Positions 1 through 9,000 of a stretch of DNA of 32,000 bases are shown piece after piece. Source of the DNA: Thermoproteus tenax Kra 1. GTDB taxonomy: Archaea > Thermoproteota > Thermoprotei > Thermoproteales > Thermoproteaceae. The translations under genes and the position numbers were made by a program. How positions within the stretch are numbered: the stretch's first letter is position 1; every line of letters begins with the position of its first letter. The stretch spans positions 30,001 to 62,000 of the forward strand of contig NC_016070.1 of the NCBI RefSeq assembly GCF_000253055.1, in the 5' to 3' direction. A model generated the notes under the pieces. The model did not search any database and had not been told where the DNA came from. It saw only the letters and a program-made list of their open reading frames with translations.

Positions 1-107
1 TGCCGCATATATTCCCATATAACTCCATGTTCCACAGCGGCAAGATCCCAGAGGGTATCGTCAAAGAGGAGCATCCGGCTTGGTACAAGCAGTTGAAACA
101 ACAATAG
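1..107 (+). CDS. 3' end of an upstream CDS, product unknown (partial at window edge)
   Basis: Frame 3 is open from the window edge to TAG 105-107 (...PHIFPYNSMFHSGKIPEGIVKEEHPAWYKQLKQQ*). Its position upstream of a [NiFe] large subunit suggests a hydrogenase partner. The 34 visible residues carry no Cys ligands, so that assignment is not supported. Confidence 0.35.
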   Translation, partial: PHIFPYNSMFHSGKIPEGIVKEEHPAWYKQLKQQ

Positions 108-145
108 TCCCCCTTTTTGAGACCTCTGCGTTCTATTTTTTGGCG
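108..145 (+). terminator. oligo-T termination signals after the upstream CDS
   Basis: T5 at 114-118 (CCCCCTTTTTG) and T6 at 136-141 (CTATTTTTTGG) lie directly after the stop codon. Archaeal terminators are oligo-T tracts. Confidence 0.4.
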
Positions 146-187
146 CATCAAAGCGGCGGCGAGGCTTTTCAACAGACTGAAAAGCAC

Positions 188-200
188 ATTTTTTAAATTC
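188..200 (+). promoter_or_regulatory. TATA box for the hydrogenase large-subunit gene
   Basis: ATTTTTTAAATTC is centred about 23 nt upstream of ATG 217, which is leaderless-type spacing. Confidence 0.5.
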
Positions 201-216
201 CCCACACCGGTTTACT

Positions 217-2151
217 ATGTCAACGATAAAGCTATGGATAGATCCTATTACGCGCATTGAGGGTCACCTAGCTCTATATGCAGAGGTCGACTCATCTACC
301 AGGAAGGTCACGACGGCGCATACGACTGTGATGATGTTCCGCGGGTTCGAGGTCTTCCTAAGGGGGAGACCTCCCGAGGATGCCATCCATATAACCTCGC
401 GCACATGCGGCGTCTGCGGCGCCGCCCACGCGAACGCATCCACCAGGGCTTGTGACGTGGCCTCGGGCATGACTCCGTATCCCATGGGCAACGTGTTGAG
501 GACTATGGCCTACGCCATGACAGACTACACCTACGACCACTCTATAATTTTGAACATGCTTGAGGGCCCCGACTACAGCGAGGCGATCGTCAGCAAGCTG
601 ACGCCCTCGGTGTGGCAGACGGCGCAGAGCACTCCGGCGAACTACTCGTCGATACACGGATATCGCACGATAGCGGACATCATGAGGGATCTGAACCCCA
701 TTACCGGCAGAATATGGCAACTGACGGTCAAACACCAGAGACTTGCCAGAGAGGCCGGCGTCTTGATCTACGGCAGACACTCCCATCCCTCCACTCTGAT
801 ACCAGGCGGCATAAGCACCGACATAACCCTCTTGGGCTCTATGTTGGAGGAATATTATGCTAGGCTGTCCAAACTGCTCGCCTGGGTCAAGTTCGTCTGG
901 GCTATCTGGCAGGATCTATACGAGTTCTTCAGAGACCACGTCTCCACGCCGGACGGCAAATCCTACGCTCTGACGCAGGGCAAAACCCACGACCCCCCAG
1001 TTCTACTGGCAAGCGGCTGGGGCGACGACCCTGAGGTCTACAGCAGTATAACCGATGAGGCGAACGGAGACTGGAGGCAACTATACGCCAAACTCGACGA
1101 GGCCTACAACGCTAGGTGGGAGAAGCCCGGCTTAGCCATAGGCCACCAGCTGTACAGCCCCAATCCAACTGAGATACAGCTGGGCTACGTCGAATTCGCC
1201 GATTCGTCGTTCTATGAGGATTGGGTCAAGGCCAATGTCGCTCCGCCGTACGGTTGGCTGACCGAGGATCCTATAGGCAGGCCTTTGGTCAACGGCGACC
1301 CGACCCTGCAGAAGTACCACATGTGGAACAGGACGACGATACCGAAGCCAGGCGCCATCAACTTCGCCGATAAGTATACTTGGGCCGCCGAGCCCAGAAT
1401 CGTTCTGCCGATGGGCTCTCTGAAGGGCACAGTGATCCCCATAGAGACGGGCCCCATAGCCCAGCTCTGGATGGACACGCTCCATGCGACTAAGGTCACC
1501 ACAGCGACTGGCCAAACTCTCTGGGAGAGCAACGGGAGCACGCTGAAACTTTATCTGCCCGGCAATACCGTCAACCCCGATCTGCCCGAGGGCACCTACG
1601 GAGAGTTGACGATCACGTGGAATCTGCCTCAGTACTCTACGACTATGGAGCGCTTGCTTGCCAGAGCTGTCCACTTGGCCATGGCGGCCGCCATGGGCTA
1701 TGCGGCCCTCCTATACGCCTTCGAGTTGGTAAATAAGGGAAAGACCCAGACGTCGAGGCCTTGGAGTTATGGAAAATGGCCGAGCTTCAGCTACAGCTTC
1801 GGCTGGTGGCAAGTGCCGCGCGGCAACTGTATGCACTGGTTGGTGCAACAGAACGGGCGCATAGCCAACTACCAATATGAGGCGCCGACTACGCCCAATG
1901 TCAGTCCGCAGAACAGCAGATGCACCGGCCAGTGGCAAGGCCAGTGTAGAGGTCCCTTCGAGATGTCCGTTATAAATAGCCAGGAGACCGAGGAGACTCC
2001 GCCGGATCAGTGGACTGGTTTGGACTTCGTCAGAGCGATCAGAAGCTTCGACCCATGTCTAGCGTGCGCCGTCCACTTCGAGGCCAAGGGCGAGGGCGGA
2101 AGAGTCTACAACGTCATCGAGAAGGTCATCTGGAACGCTTGCTCACTATAA
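217..2151 (+). CDS. [NiFe]-hydrogenase large (catalytic) subunit
   Basis: 644-aa ORF. The N-terminus has RIEGH and RTCGVCGAAH (RxCGxCxxxH Ni-Fe ligand pair). The C-terminus has DPCLACAVH (DPCxxCxxH), followed by a 24-aa tail (FEAKGEGGRVYNVIEKVIWNACSL) of the kind removed by the maturation endopeptidase. Confidence 0.95.
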   Translation: MSTIKLWIDPITRIEGHLALYAEVDSSTRKVTTAHTTVMMFRGFEVFLRGRPPEDAIHITSRTCGVCGAAHANASTRACDVASGMTPYPMGNVLRTMAYAMTDYTYDHSIILNMLEGPDYSEAIVSKLTPSVWQTAQSTPANYSSIHGYRTIADIMRDLNPITGRIWQLTVKHQRLAREAGVLIYGRHSHPSTLIPGGISTDITLLGSMLEEYYARLSKLLAWVKFVWAIWQDLYEFFRDHVSTPDGKSYALTQGKTHDPPVLLASGWGDDPEVYSSITDEANGDWRQLYAKLDEAYNARWEKPGLAIGHQLYSPNPTEIQLGYVEFADSSFYEDWVKANVAPPYGWLTEDPIGRPLVNGDPTLQKYHMWNRTTIPKPGAINFADKYTWAAEPRIVLPMGSLKGTVIPIETGPIAQLWMDTLHATKVTTATGQTLWESNGSTLKLYLPGNTVNPDLPEGTYGELTITWNLPQYSTTMERLLARAVHLAMAAAMGYAALLYAFELVNKGKTQTSRPWSYGKWPSFSYSFGWWQVPRGNCMHWLVQQNGRIANYQYEAPTTPNVSPQNSRCTGQWQGQCRGPFEMSVINSQETEETPPDQWTGLDFVRAIRSFDPCLACAVHFEAKGEGGRVYNVIEKVIWNACSL

Positions 2152-2175
2152 ACGTTTTTGGTCTCCTCTTTTTAC

Positions 2176-2691
2176 ATGAAGGTCCTGGTGGTGGGCTTGG
2201 GCAACCCAATATATGGAGACGATGGCTTCGGCTCTTGTATGGCCCAATTCTTGATGCAGTTCAACGACTTCGTCTACGATGCAAACGCTCACGGCATAGG
2301 CGCGTTGGGCACTCTCTCGGACTATGACGTGTTAATATTTATAGATATAGATGCCAAGCTGCCGCCGGGCGCTGTGGCTGTGGAGAGGATAGAGGGCTCT
2401 CTAACGGTCTCCGAGACGCGGCTGATAGACGCACACAGAGCGCCTCCCTCGTTGTTGGTGGGCTATCTAAGGGCCATGGGCAAGAGCGTCCTCGCGCGGC
2501 TCGTGGCAGTAGGGCCCGCGACCCTAGAGCCGCTCTCTAGGCCCTCTCCACAAGTGGTCTCGGCTGCTAGATCTGTAGTCGCGGAGCTTAAAGGGATCTT
2601 GGCGGAATACGGCCTAGAGCTTAGGTGGAGCGGCGATCCCAGCGAGGAGTTGGTGAAGTGCTACGAGAGAGCTCTGGGGAGCCCGAAATAA
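2176..2691 (+). CDS. hydrogenase maturation endopeptidase (HybD/HyaD/HycI family)
   Basis: MKVLVVGLGNPIYGDDGFG matches the family GxGNxxxxDDGxG N-terminal motif. Later residues DIDA and IDAHRAP sit at the usual Asp/His ligand positions. The gene starts 24 nt after the large-subunit stop. ATG 2176 is preferred over the track's TTG 2158. Confidence 0.85.
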   Translation: MKVLVVGLGNPIYGDDGFGSCMAQFLMQFNDFVYDANAHGIGALGTLSDYDVLIFIDIDAKLPPGAVAVERIEGSLTVSETRLIDAHRAPPSLLVGYLRAMGKSVLARLVAVGPATLEPLSRPSPQVVSAARSVVAELKGILAEYGLELRWSGDPSEELVKCYERALGSPK

Positions 2692-2727
2692 CATACGGGA
2701 ACCTCAAGCCTCGCCCTATGGGGATCA

Positions 2728-2735
2728 TTTATATA
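2728..2735 (+). promoter_or_regulatory. TATA box for the 84-aa ORF
   Basis: TTTATATA is centred about 26 nt upstream of ATG 2757, which is classical leaderless spacing. Confidence 0.5.
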
Positions 2736-2756
2736 CTACCTCGCCTGTATTGATAT

Positions 2757-3011
2757 ATGTCTGAGGATAAAGCCCTGGAGGAGCTGGGGAGATCTCTCGG
2801 CCAACTCTTGAGATCCTATCTTGAGATCAAGGAGGCCTTGCTCAAGCCCATAACGGAGCCTATAGAGAGAGAGTTGAAAGAAGCTCTCGGCGAAGTTCTC
2901 TACAGATGGCTCACAGACTTGGGCCAAGCGAGGGAGCTGCGGCGAGATGTGGACGTAAAGACGTTGTACCAAGAGATCTTGAGGCGCCATGTGGGCGATC
3001 TACAGCAGTAG
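2757..3011 (+). CDS. small helical hypothetical protein (84 aa)
   Basis: The ORF has its own TATA box at the correct distance. Its charged heptad-like composition (EELGRSLGQLLRSYLEIKEALLK...) suggests a coiled coil. I recognise no domain. Confidence 0.5.
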   Translation: MSEDKALEELGRSLGQLLRSYLEIKEALLKPITEPIERELKEALGEVLYRWLTDLGQARELRRDVDVKTLYQEILRRHVGDLQQ

Positions 3012-3588
3012 CTATCTCTACTGGTTCATCTACGGCGGAGAGTTCGACGTACCCGCCGTGTTGGGCAAACTGGTTGGGTTGGGCTACGAGGTTGCTAGAG
3101 CAGGGTACAGAGAGGGCTACGTCTACCTCGACCCCCTCCCCGGAGGATATGCGGGGCGCAGAGTGTACGAGGAGGGCGATGTCTATCTTCTGGCCAATAT
3201 GCAGAGGGGGGCCCTCGGCGTCGCGGCTGATAAATATCAGCTAGTCATGAGGGGCGCCGCCGATGTGTCGAGGGCAATTATGGAGCTGGCGATGCCAGAG
3301 CCGCCTAGGGCCGAGTTCCACGCCTCTCTAGGCGCTACCTTGGACTACTGCAGAGCAGAGCAAGTGAAGTTGGCCGACGTAGAGCTCCAGAAGAGCGGCA
3401 TGATACTCACTGCGGGCGAGCCACAGGGCGGCGACGGGATATACATATCGGTGAACCCCATGGGGGGCAGGAGATATATGGTCTATGCAATTATAGGCGG
3501 CAGATGGGGCTATGTGGCCGAGCACGCAAAGAGGGTGAACGACTTGTTGTCCGCCGTGTTGTCCTATATTTCTTGTCCGTCTAAGTGA
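2989..3588 (+). CDS. hypothetical protein (199 aa)
   Basis: ATG 2989 is the first start after an in-frame TGA (2980-2982). The ORF overlaps the upstream ORF by 23 nt and the downstream ORF by 1 nt (TGATG). Composition is protein-like, with no motif I recognise. Confidence 0.5.
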   Translation: MWAIYSSSYLYWFIYGGEFDVPAVLGKLVGLGYEVARAGYREGYVYLDPLPGGYAGRRVYEEGDVYLLANMQRGALGVAADKYQLVMRGAADVSRAIMELAMPEPPRAEFHASLGATLDYCRAEQVKLADVELQKSGMILTAGEPQGGDGIYISVNPMGGRRYMVYAIIGGRWGYVAEHAKRVNDLLSAVLSYISCPSK

Positions 3589-4697
3589 TGCAAGTTCCCA
3601 ACTACTCGGGCTTGGGCCTGAGCGCTCTGCCCAATACTCTGCTCGAGCGTTTCGGGGCCACGCCGCGCGGCCCAACGCTCGCTAGAGACCTCGGGCTGGG
3701 CAAGAGCGTGGCGCTCGTCTTGTTGGACGGACTCGGCTTCAGCTCGTTCGATAGACACGCCTCCGAGTTGGCCGGCCACCTGCGGGCGGTCTACCGCATC
3801 ACGTCGGTGTTTCCCACCACCACCTCGGTCGCGTTGACCACTTTATCGACTGGCCTAACTCCTTGTGAGCACGGAATAGTCGCCTGGAGCTTTTATTTGA
3901 AGGAGGCCGGCGCCGTCATAGATTCGCTTAACATGAGCCCCATTTTGGGGGAAAGGGATGCATTGAACGCAGCCGGCTACGACTTGAGGTCTCTCTTCAA
4001 CGCTCCGACGATATTCCGCGAACTGGCGAGACAGGGGGTTAGGACTAGGGCGTTCCTCCCGAGGGGGCTTTCGGGGGGCATAAGCAGAGTGCTCTACGAT
4101 GGGACTGAGGTCTTCGAGTACGTATCGGTCTACGACGCCTTTGTGGGCGCAGGGCGCCTCCTCAGGGACGGTCCCTCATATGTGTACATCTATATACCGA
4201 CTATCGACAGCGTGTTCCACAAGTACGGCCCTGAGTCTGAGGAGGGCGATGCCGCCGTGAGGGGCTTGTTAGAGGAGGTGGTTGAGCTGTCGCGGCGCTA
4301 CATGGCCGCGGCCGACGTCATAATTACAGCGGACCACGGACATGAGGAGATAACCAAGAACATCAGTTTGAGGGACGGAGAGCTTCTAGAGAGTCTCATC
4401 ATGCCGCCGCATGGAGATCCGCGCGCCGTCTTCTTGAGGACGAGGGGGGAGGCCCCAGATCTGGGCAAGTTCGGCTCCTTCGAGCTTATAGATAGAGAAA
4501 GCGCCGTGAAGGCCGGCCTCTTCGGAGTATGTAACGGGAGATTCCTCGAGAGGATAGGAGACTATATAGCTCTCCCAAGCCACGGGCTCGCCGCGATGTA
4601 CCTATACAAGCCCAAGAATGAGGATCCCCTTAAATTTAAGGGACACCACGGGGGGCTCTCCGAGAGCGAGCTCTTTGTTCCATTACTTCTGCTTTGA
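3588..4697 (+). CDS. alkaline-phosphatase-superfamily metalloenzyme (type I phosphodiesterase / nucleotide pyrophosphatase-like)
   Basis: LLDGLGFSSFD, SVFPTTTSVALTTLSTGLTPCEHGIVAW (nucleophile Thr / metal-site region of the Phosphodiest family) and ITADHGH are present. ATG 3588 overlaps the upstream stop codon. Confidence 0.75.
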   Translation: MQVPNYSGLGLSALPNTLLERFGATPRGPTLARDLGLGKSVALVLLDGLGFSSFDRHASELAGHLRAVYRITSVFPTTTSVALTTLSTGLTPCEHGIVAWSFYLKEAGAVIDSLNMSPILGERDALNAAGYDLRSLFNAPTIFRELARQGVRTRAFLPRGLSGGISRVLYDGTEVFEYVSVYDAFVGAGRLLRDGPSYVYIYIPTIDSVFHKYGPESEEGDAAVRGLLEEVVELSRRYMAAADVIITADHGHEEITKNISLRDGELLESLIMPPHGDPRAVFLRTRGEAPDLGKFGSFELIDRESAVKAGLFGVCNGRFLERIGDYIALPSHGLAAMYLYKPKNEDPLKFKGHHGGLSESELFVPLLLL

Positions 4698-4733
4698 ACC
4701 GATAAAAATAAAAAACTTTTTAACATTATAAGT

Positions 4734-5300
4734 ATGGTAAAAATATTGATAATCGCAGGAGACGCCGTAGAAGCTCTCGAGATCTTCTACCCCTACTATC
4801 GTCTGAAGGAGGAGGGCTGGGAGGTCGACGTCGCAGCTCCCTCAAAGAAGGATCTACGGACCGTCGTACACGACTTCGAGCCAGGTTGGGAGACCTACAG
4901 CGAGAAGCCTGGCTATCTGTTTAAATGGGTCACTAAGACTCTCGCCGAGGTCAAACCGGAGGAGTACGATGGTCTAGTGATACCGGGCGGGAGGATGCCC
5001 GAGTACGTGAGAGTTGTTGCGGCCGAGGATGTGAAACGGATCGTCAGACACTTCTTTGAGGCAAACAAGCCGGTGGCCGCCATCTGCCATGCGCCCCAGA
5101 TACTCGCCGCAGCTGGAGTAGTCAGAGGCAGGAGGATGACCAGCTATATCGCAGTAAGGCCGGAGGTGGAAAACAACGGAGGGATCTGGGTCGACCAAGA
5201 GGTCGTCGTAGATGGAAACTTGGTGACCTCCAGAGCTTGGCCGGATAACCCAGCTTGGATGCGCGAGTTTATAAAATTGATCAAGGCCAGACTCAAATAA
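4734..5300 (+). CDS. DJ-1/PfpI family protein (intracellular protease/amidase type)
   Basis: The sequence is collinear with Pyrococcus PfpI-type sequences as I remember them: YPYYRLKEEG, LVIPGGRMPE, nucleophile elbow AAICHAPQIL, WMREFIKL. An A+T-rich promoter lies at 4698-4733. Confidence 0.9.
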   Translation: MVKILIIAGDAVEALEIFYPYYRLKEEGWEVDVAAPSKKDLRTVVHDFEPGWETYSEKPGYLFKWVTKTLAEVKPEEYDGLVIPGGRMPEYVRVVAAEDVKRIVRHFFEANKPVAAICHAPQILAAAGVVRGRRMTSYIAVRPEVENNGGIWVDQEVVVDGNLVTSRAWPDNPAWMREFIKLIKARLK

Positions 5301-6092
5301 TCACTTTTTCTCCAACTCTTTTACGTACTTCAAAAGCTCCTCGGCCACGTCGACGCCGCTCGCCTTGGAGACGGCCTTGAACTCAGGTATCACGTTGACC
5401 TCTCCCACGTAGTACTCGCCGTTGCCCATCAAGATGTCGACTCCGGCGTACTCAGCATTTAGAGCCCTAGTGGCCTTGATGGCTAGGTCCTCCACCTCTG
5501 CGTCCGGCTTTATGCCCTCTACATGTCCCCCTCTCGCCGCGTTGCTGCGCCAATCGCCTGGAGGCGGCCTCCTAATCATGGCGGCCACTACTCTGTACCC
5601 CACCACGAACGCCCTTATGTCCGTGCCGTCGCCTATCCTCTCTTGAACTAGATAGACCTCGTCTGGGTCTACGCCCTTCAGAAGGGCCTCTACGTCCTCC
5701 TTGGACTTGGCCAGAGCCACCTTGCGCCCCCAACTGCCGAAGGCCGGCTTCACGATGAACTCCTCGGCGTTAGGTATCGCAGGAGCCAAGCGGGTCCTAG
5801 GGATCGGGATGCCCGAGGCTCTCAGGAACGAAAGCGCCACGGCCTTGTTCCATCCAGCGGCCAGGGCCCTCCAACTGTTGATTGAGATGGAGCCCGAGGA
5901 CTCTATGTGGGCCGCCGCCACCACGGCTCTGTTGTGGCTCAACGCTCTGATGAGGTAGACTCCCTCGTCGACGTCTGTAGATAGATCTAAGCCGTCAACT
6001 TTGACTAACTCGGCCTTAACACCTAGCCTCTCAGCGGCCTTTAACAACATCCTCTCTTCCTCTTTCAATAAATCGACTACGAGCTTCACCAC
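5301..6092 (-). CDS. RimK/LysX/ArgX-family ATP-grasp ligase
   Basis: Size of ~264-275 aa and the typical LysX/RimK layout: short N-domain (KLVVDLLKEEERMLLKAAERLGV), FIVKPAFGSWGRKV, and YLVQERI...DIRAFVVG...GVDIL....YVGEVN. The track start TTG 6128 would overlap carB by 43 nt. GTG 6092 or 6089 (GTGGTGA) overlaps only the carB stop, which is the classic coupling arrangement. Confidence 0.85.
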   Translation of the reverse strand: MVKLVVDLLKEEERMLLKAAERLGVKAELVKVDGLDLSTDVDEGVYLIRALSHNRAVVAAAHIESSGSISINSWRALAAGWNKAVALSFLRASGIPIPRTRLAPAIPNAEEFIVKPAFGSWGRKVALAKSKEDVEALLKGVDPDEVYLVQERIGDGTDIRAFVVGYRVVAAMIRRPPPGDWRSNAARGGHVEGIKPDAEVEDLAIKATRALNAEYAGVDILMGNGEYYVGEVNVIPEFKAVSKASGVDVAEELLKYVKELEKK

Positions 6093-9000
6093 GGCTCTGC
6101 CCTTAGAGTGCCACCTCTTCTGAGCCAACCCCAGGCCCGCGCCAGCTCGAGCCCCAGCGTTGGGTCGAGGACTAGAGGCGTCGAGGTGTCTGCGGCGATG
6201 CGCCTGATTGAGAAGTCTCTCTCGGGGGTCACTCCAGCAGTTATGACTACGTCAACTTTCTTCCACTTGAGCTTCTCCACGATAGATTCGTCTGGCTCAA
6301 GTATGTCGAGCCACTTGAGCTCCCTCTTGATTTCATCTATCAGCCCGGCGTACTCCTCGTCGAATGTATAGACGAGCGCGTTCCTCGAGGGAATTCTGTT
6401 GGGGGTCGCCGACAGCCAGCTCTTGAGCAAGGCCTCCTCGTAGACATCGCCGAAGGAGGCGACCTCGCCTGTGCTGTACATGACGGGTCCAAGCCTCGGG
6501 TAGGCCCCCCTCAGCCTGCTCCAAGAGAACTGGGCTGTCTTCACCCACCATTTGGCCGGACGTAATACTGTCAGCTCCTGCTCCACGGGGAGGCGCTCGG
6601 AGGTCAACACGTCTGCAGTGAGCGACATGTAGTTCACGCCCGTGGCCTTGCTGACAAAGGGCATGGAGCGGCTTGCCCTCAGATTGGCCTCTATCACGTA
6701 CACGTCGTCCGCCACTATGAATTGTACGTTCATGGGGCCCTTGACGTCGAGCTCTCTGGCGAGCGTGTGGACGATTTGGGCCATCTTGTCCACGGCCCAC
6801 TGCGGCGTTTTTCTCGGCGGCATGACCATTGTGGAGTCGCCGGAGTGCACGCCGGGAGGCTCCACATGCTCTATAGCCGTGACAACGGCCCTTCTGCCGT
6901 CTGAGACTGCGTCGGCCTCGGCCTCTATGCCGTAGGGCATGAACTTGGACACAACCACTGGGTACTTCCCGCTGACTTTGGCGGCCCTCCCTAGAAACTC
7001 CAAGAGCTCTTTTTCGTTCCTCGCCACGGCCATGTAGGTGCCGCCCAGGACGTAGCTGGGCCTAAGCAACACTGGGTAGCCCAACTCCTCGGCCAGTTTC
7101 ACGGCCTCCTCTACGCTTTTTGCGTAGAACCACGGCGGCTGTTTTATGTTGAGTCTGTCCAACAAGGCTGAGAACTTCCTTCTGTCCTCGGCCAAGTCCA
7201 CTGAGGATGCGCGGGTTCCGCCTATTTTTACGCCGAGCGCCTCCAGCTTGGGGTAGAGCCTCTGTCCTATCTGTCCGCCAGCGTATAACACTATGATGGG
7301 CCCGCCCTCCTTCTCATATATGTCAAGTATTCTCTCAGCCGTTATTTCGTCGAAAAACAGCTTGTCCACAATGTCCCAGTCTGTGGAGACAGTCTCTGGA
7401 TTGTAGTTGAGGATTGCCACAGGATGGCCGCGCCTCTTGAGCTCGAGAGCCAGATTGACCGTGGCCCAGTCGAACTCGACGCTGACGCCTATTCTGAAGA
7501 CGCCGGCGCCGACGACCAGGTAGTCCGCCTTGGGCGTCGGCTCGTCGAACTCTCCGCCGTACGTCAGATACAGATAGTTTGTCTCGGCGGGCCACTCGCC
7601 GGCGAGCGTATCTATCTTTTTGACGACAGGCCTCCGCCTTGGGATCTCTCTGGCGCCTGACGCGAGAGCTATCTGCTCATCAGAGAAGCCCAGACGTTTA
7701 GCCTCCTCGATAGTCTCAGAGGATATGTCGCCAGCCTCTAACCTCTTCCACATATCTACTACTCTCTTGATGGCGTTGAGGAAGAAACGATCGACCTTAG
7801 TGATCTCGTAGATCTTGTCCACAGATACGCCGAGATAAATGGCCTTGGCGGCGTAGATAGGCCAGTATGGGAGATGTCTCTCCAACGCTCTGAGCGCCTC
7901 CTCGAGCGTTGCCTCTCTGAAGAGGGGACCTCCGACTAGGCCGGGCTCGCCTATATCTATCATCCTCACGGCCTTCTGCCACGCCTCCTCCACGTTCCTC
8001 CCTATGCCCATCGCCTCTCCTATGGACATCATCTCCGGCCCGAGGCCCTCATCTATGCCGAATCTGTCGTTCTCCCAACGTGGATGTTTCACCACTATGT
8101 AGTCTAAACTTGGCTCGAAAGCCGCCACAGTCCTCCTAGTCACTTGGTTCATGACTTCGTCGAGGCGGTACCCCAGGGCCAGCTTTGCCGCTATATAGGC
8201 CAGGGGATAGCCCGAGGCCTTCGAGGCAAGGGCGCTGCTCCGGGACATGCGCGGGTTGGTCTCTATGGCGTACTGCTCGGGCCCCGCGTAGTTTATGGCC
8301 ACTTGCACGTTGCCCTCGCCTATCAACGAGATAGCTCTCTCTACGGCTATGGAGATATTTCTGGCGGTCTGATACTCATCGTCGGTCAGCGTCTGGCAGG
8401 GGGCCACAACTATGGAGTCGCCCGTGTGATAGCCCATGGGGTCGATGTTCTCCATGCAGACCACGGCTGCCACGTTGTCGTAGGCGTCCCTCACCACCTC
8501 GAACTCTATCTCTTTCCAGCCCTCTAAGTATTTCTCCACTAGGACTTCGCCTATGGCGGACTGAGCGAAGGCCTTGTATATTTTGGACTCGAGCTCCCCT
8601 CTATTCCTCGCCTTGAAGGCCCCCGCTCCCCCCAGATTGAAACTGACGCGCACCATCACCGGGTATCCTATCTCCTCGGCCGCCGCCAACGCCTCCTCGG
8701 GGCTTCTGGCTGACCGGCTGGGAGGTATCGGCACGCCCGCCTCGACCATGGCCCTCTGGAAGAGCTCTCTGGAGAGCGCCCTCCTGATGCCCTCAACGGG
8801 CGTCCCCACTACCTTAACTCCATATCTCCCAAGGACGCCCGAGTCGTACAGCTCTACACACGCAGAGAGGGCCGTCTGGCCGCCGAAGCCGCATGCGATG
8901 GCGTCGGGCCTCTCCCTCTCGATTATCTGTTCCAGGAACTCCCTCCTTATCGGAACGAAGTAGACTGTGTCGGCCAACACCTTGGAGGTCTGTATCGTTG

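Noticed and set aside
264-1938. Antisense and alternate-frame ORFs inside the hydrogenase gene (264..491-, 358..786-, 612..863+, 1132..1674-, 1212..1541-, 1711..1938-, 2010..2327+)
   Set aside because: These are shadow ORFs, typical of G+C-rich coding DNA. Their translations are Arg/Pro/Gly/Ala-rich and low complexity. The region is fully explained by a motif-bearing 644-aa protein.
2757-3588. The 84-aa and 199-aa ORFs as one frameshifted gene or pseudogene
   Set aside because: The 199-aa frame is closed by TGA at 2980-2982, just before its ATG. The two overlap in the way coupled genes do here, and there is no slippery sequence. A fusion cannot be excluded without orthologues, but nothing in the sequence demands one.
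6108-8963. ORFs overlapping carB and the ATP-grasp gene on either strand (e.g. 6108..6371+, 6333..6800-, 7335..7595-, 8144..8527+, 8574..8963+, 5422..5958+)
   Set aside because: These are shadow ORFs within well-supported genes, with no promoters and non-protein-like composition. Analogous ORFs inside 9637-10716, 10944-11921, 12141-20391, 20743-25621 and 26589-31876 are rejected for the same reason.
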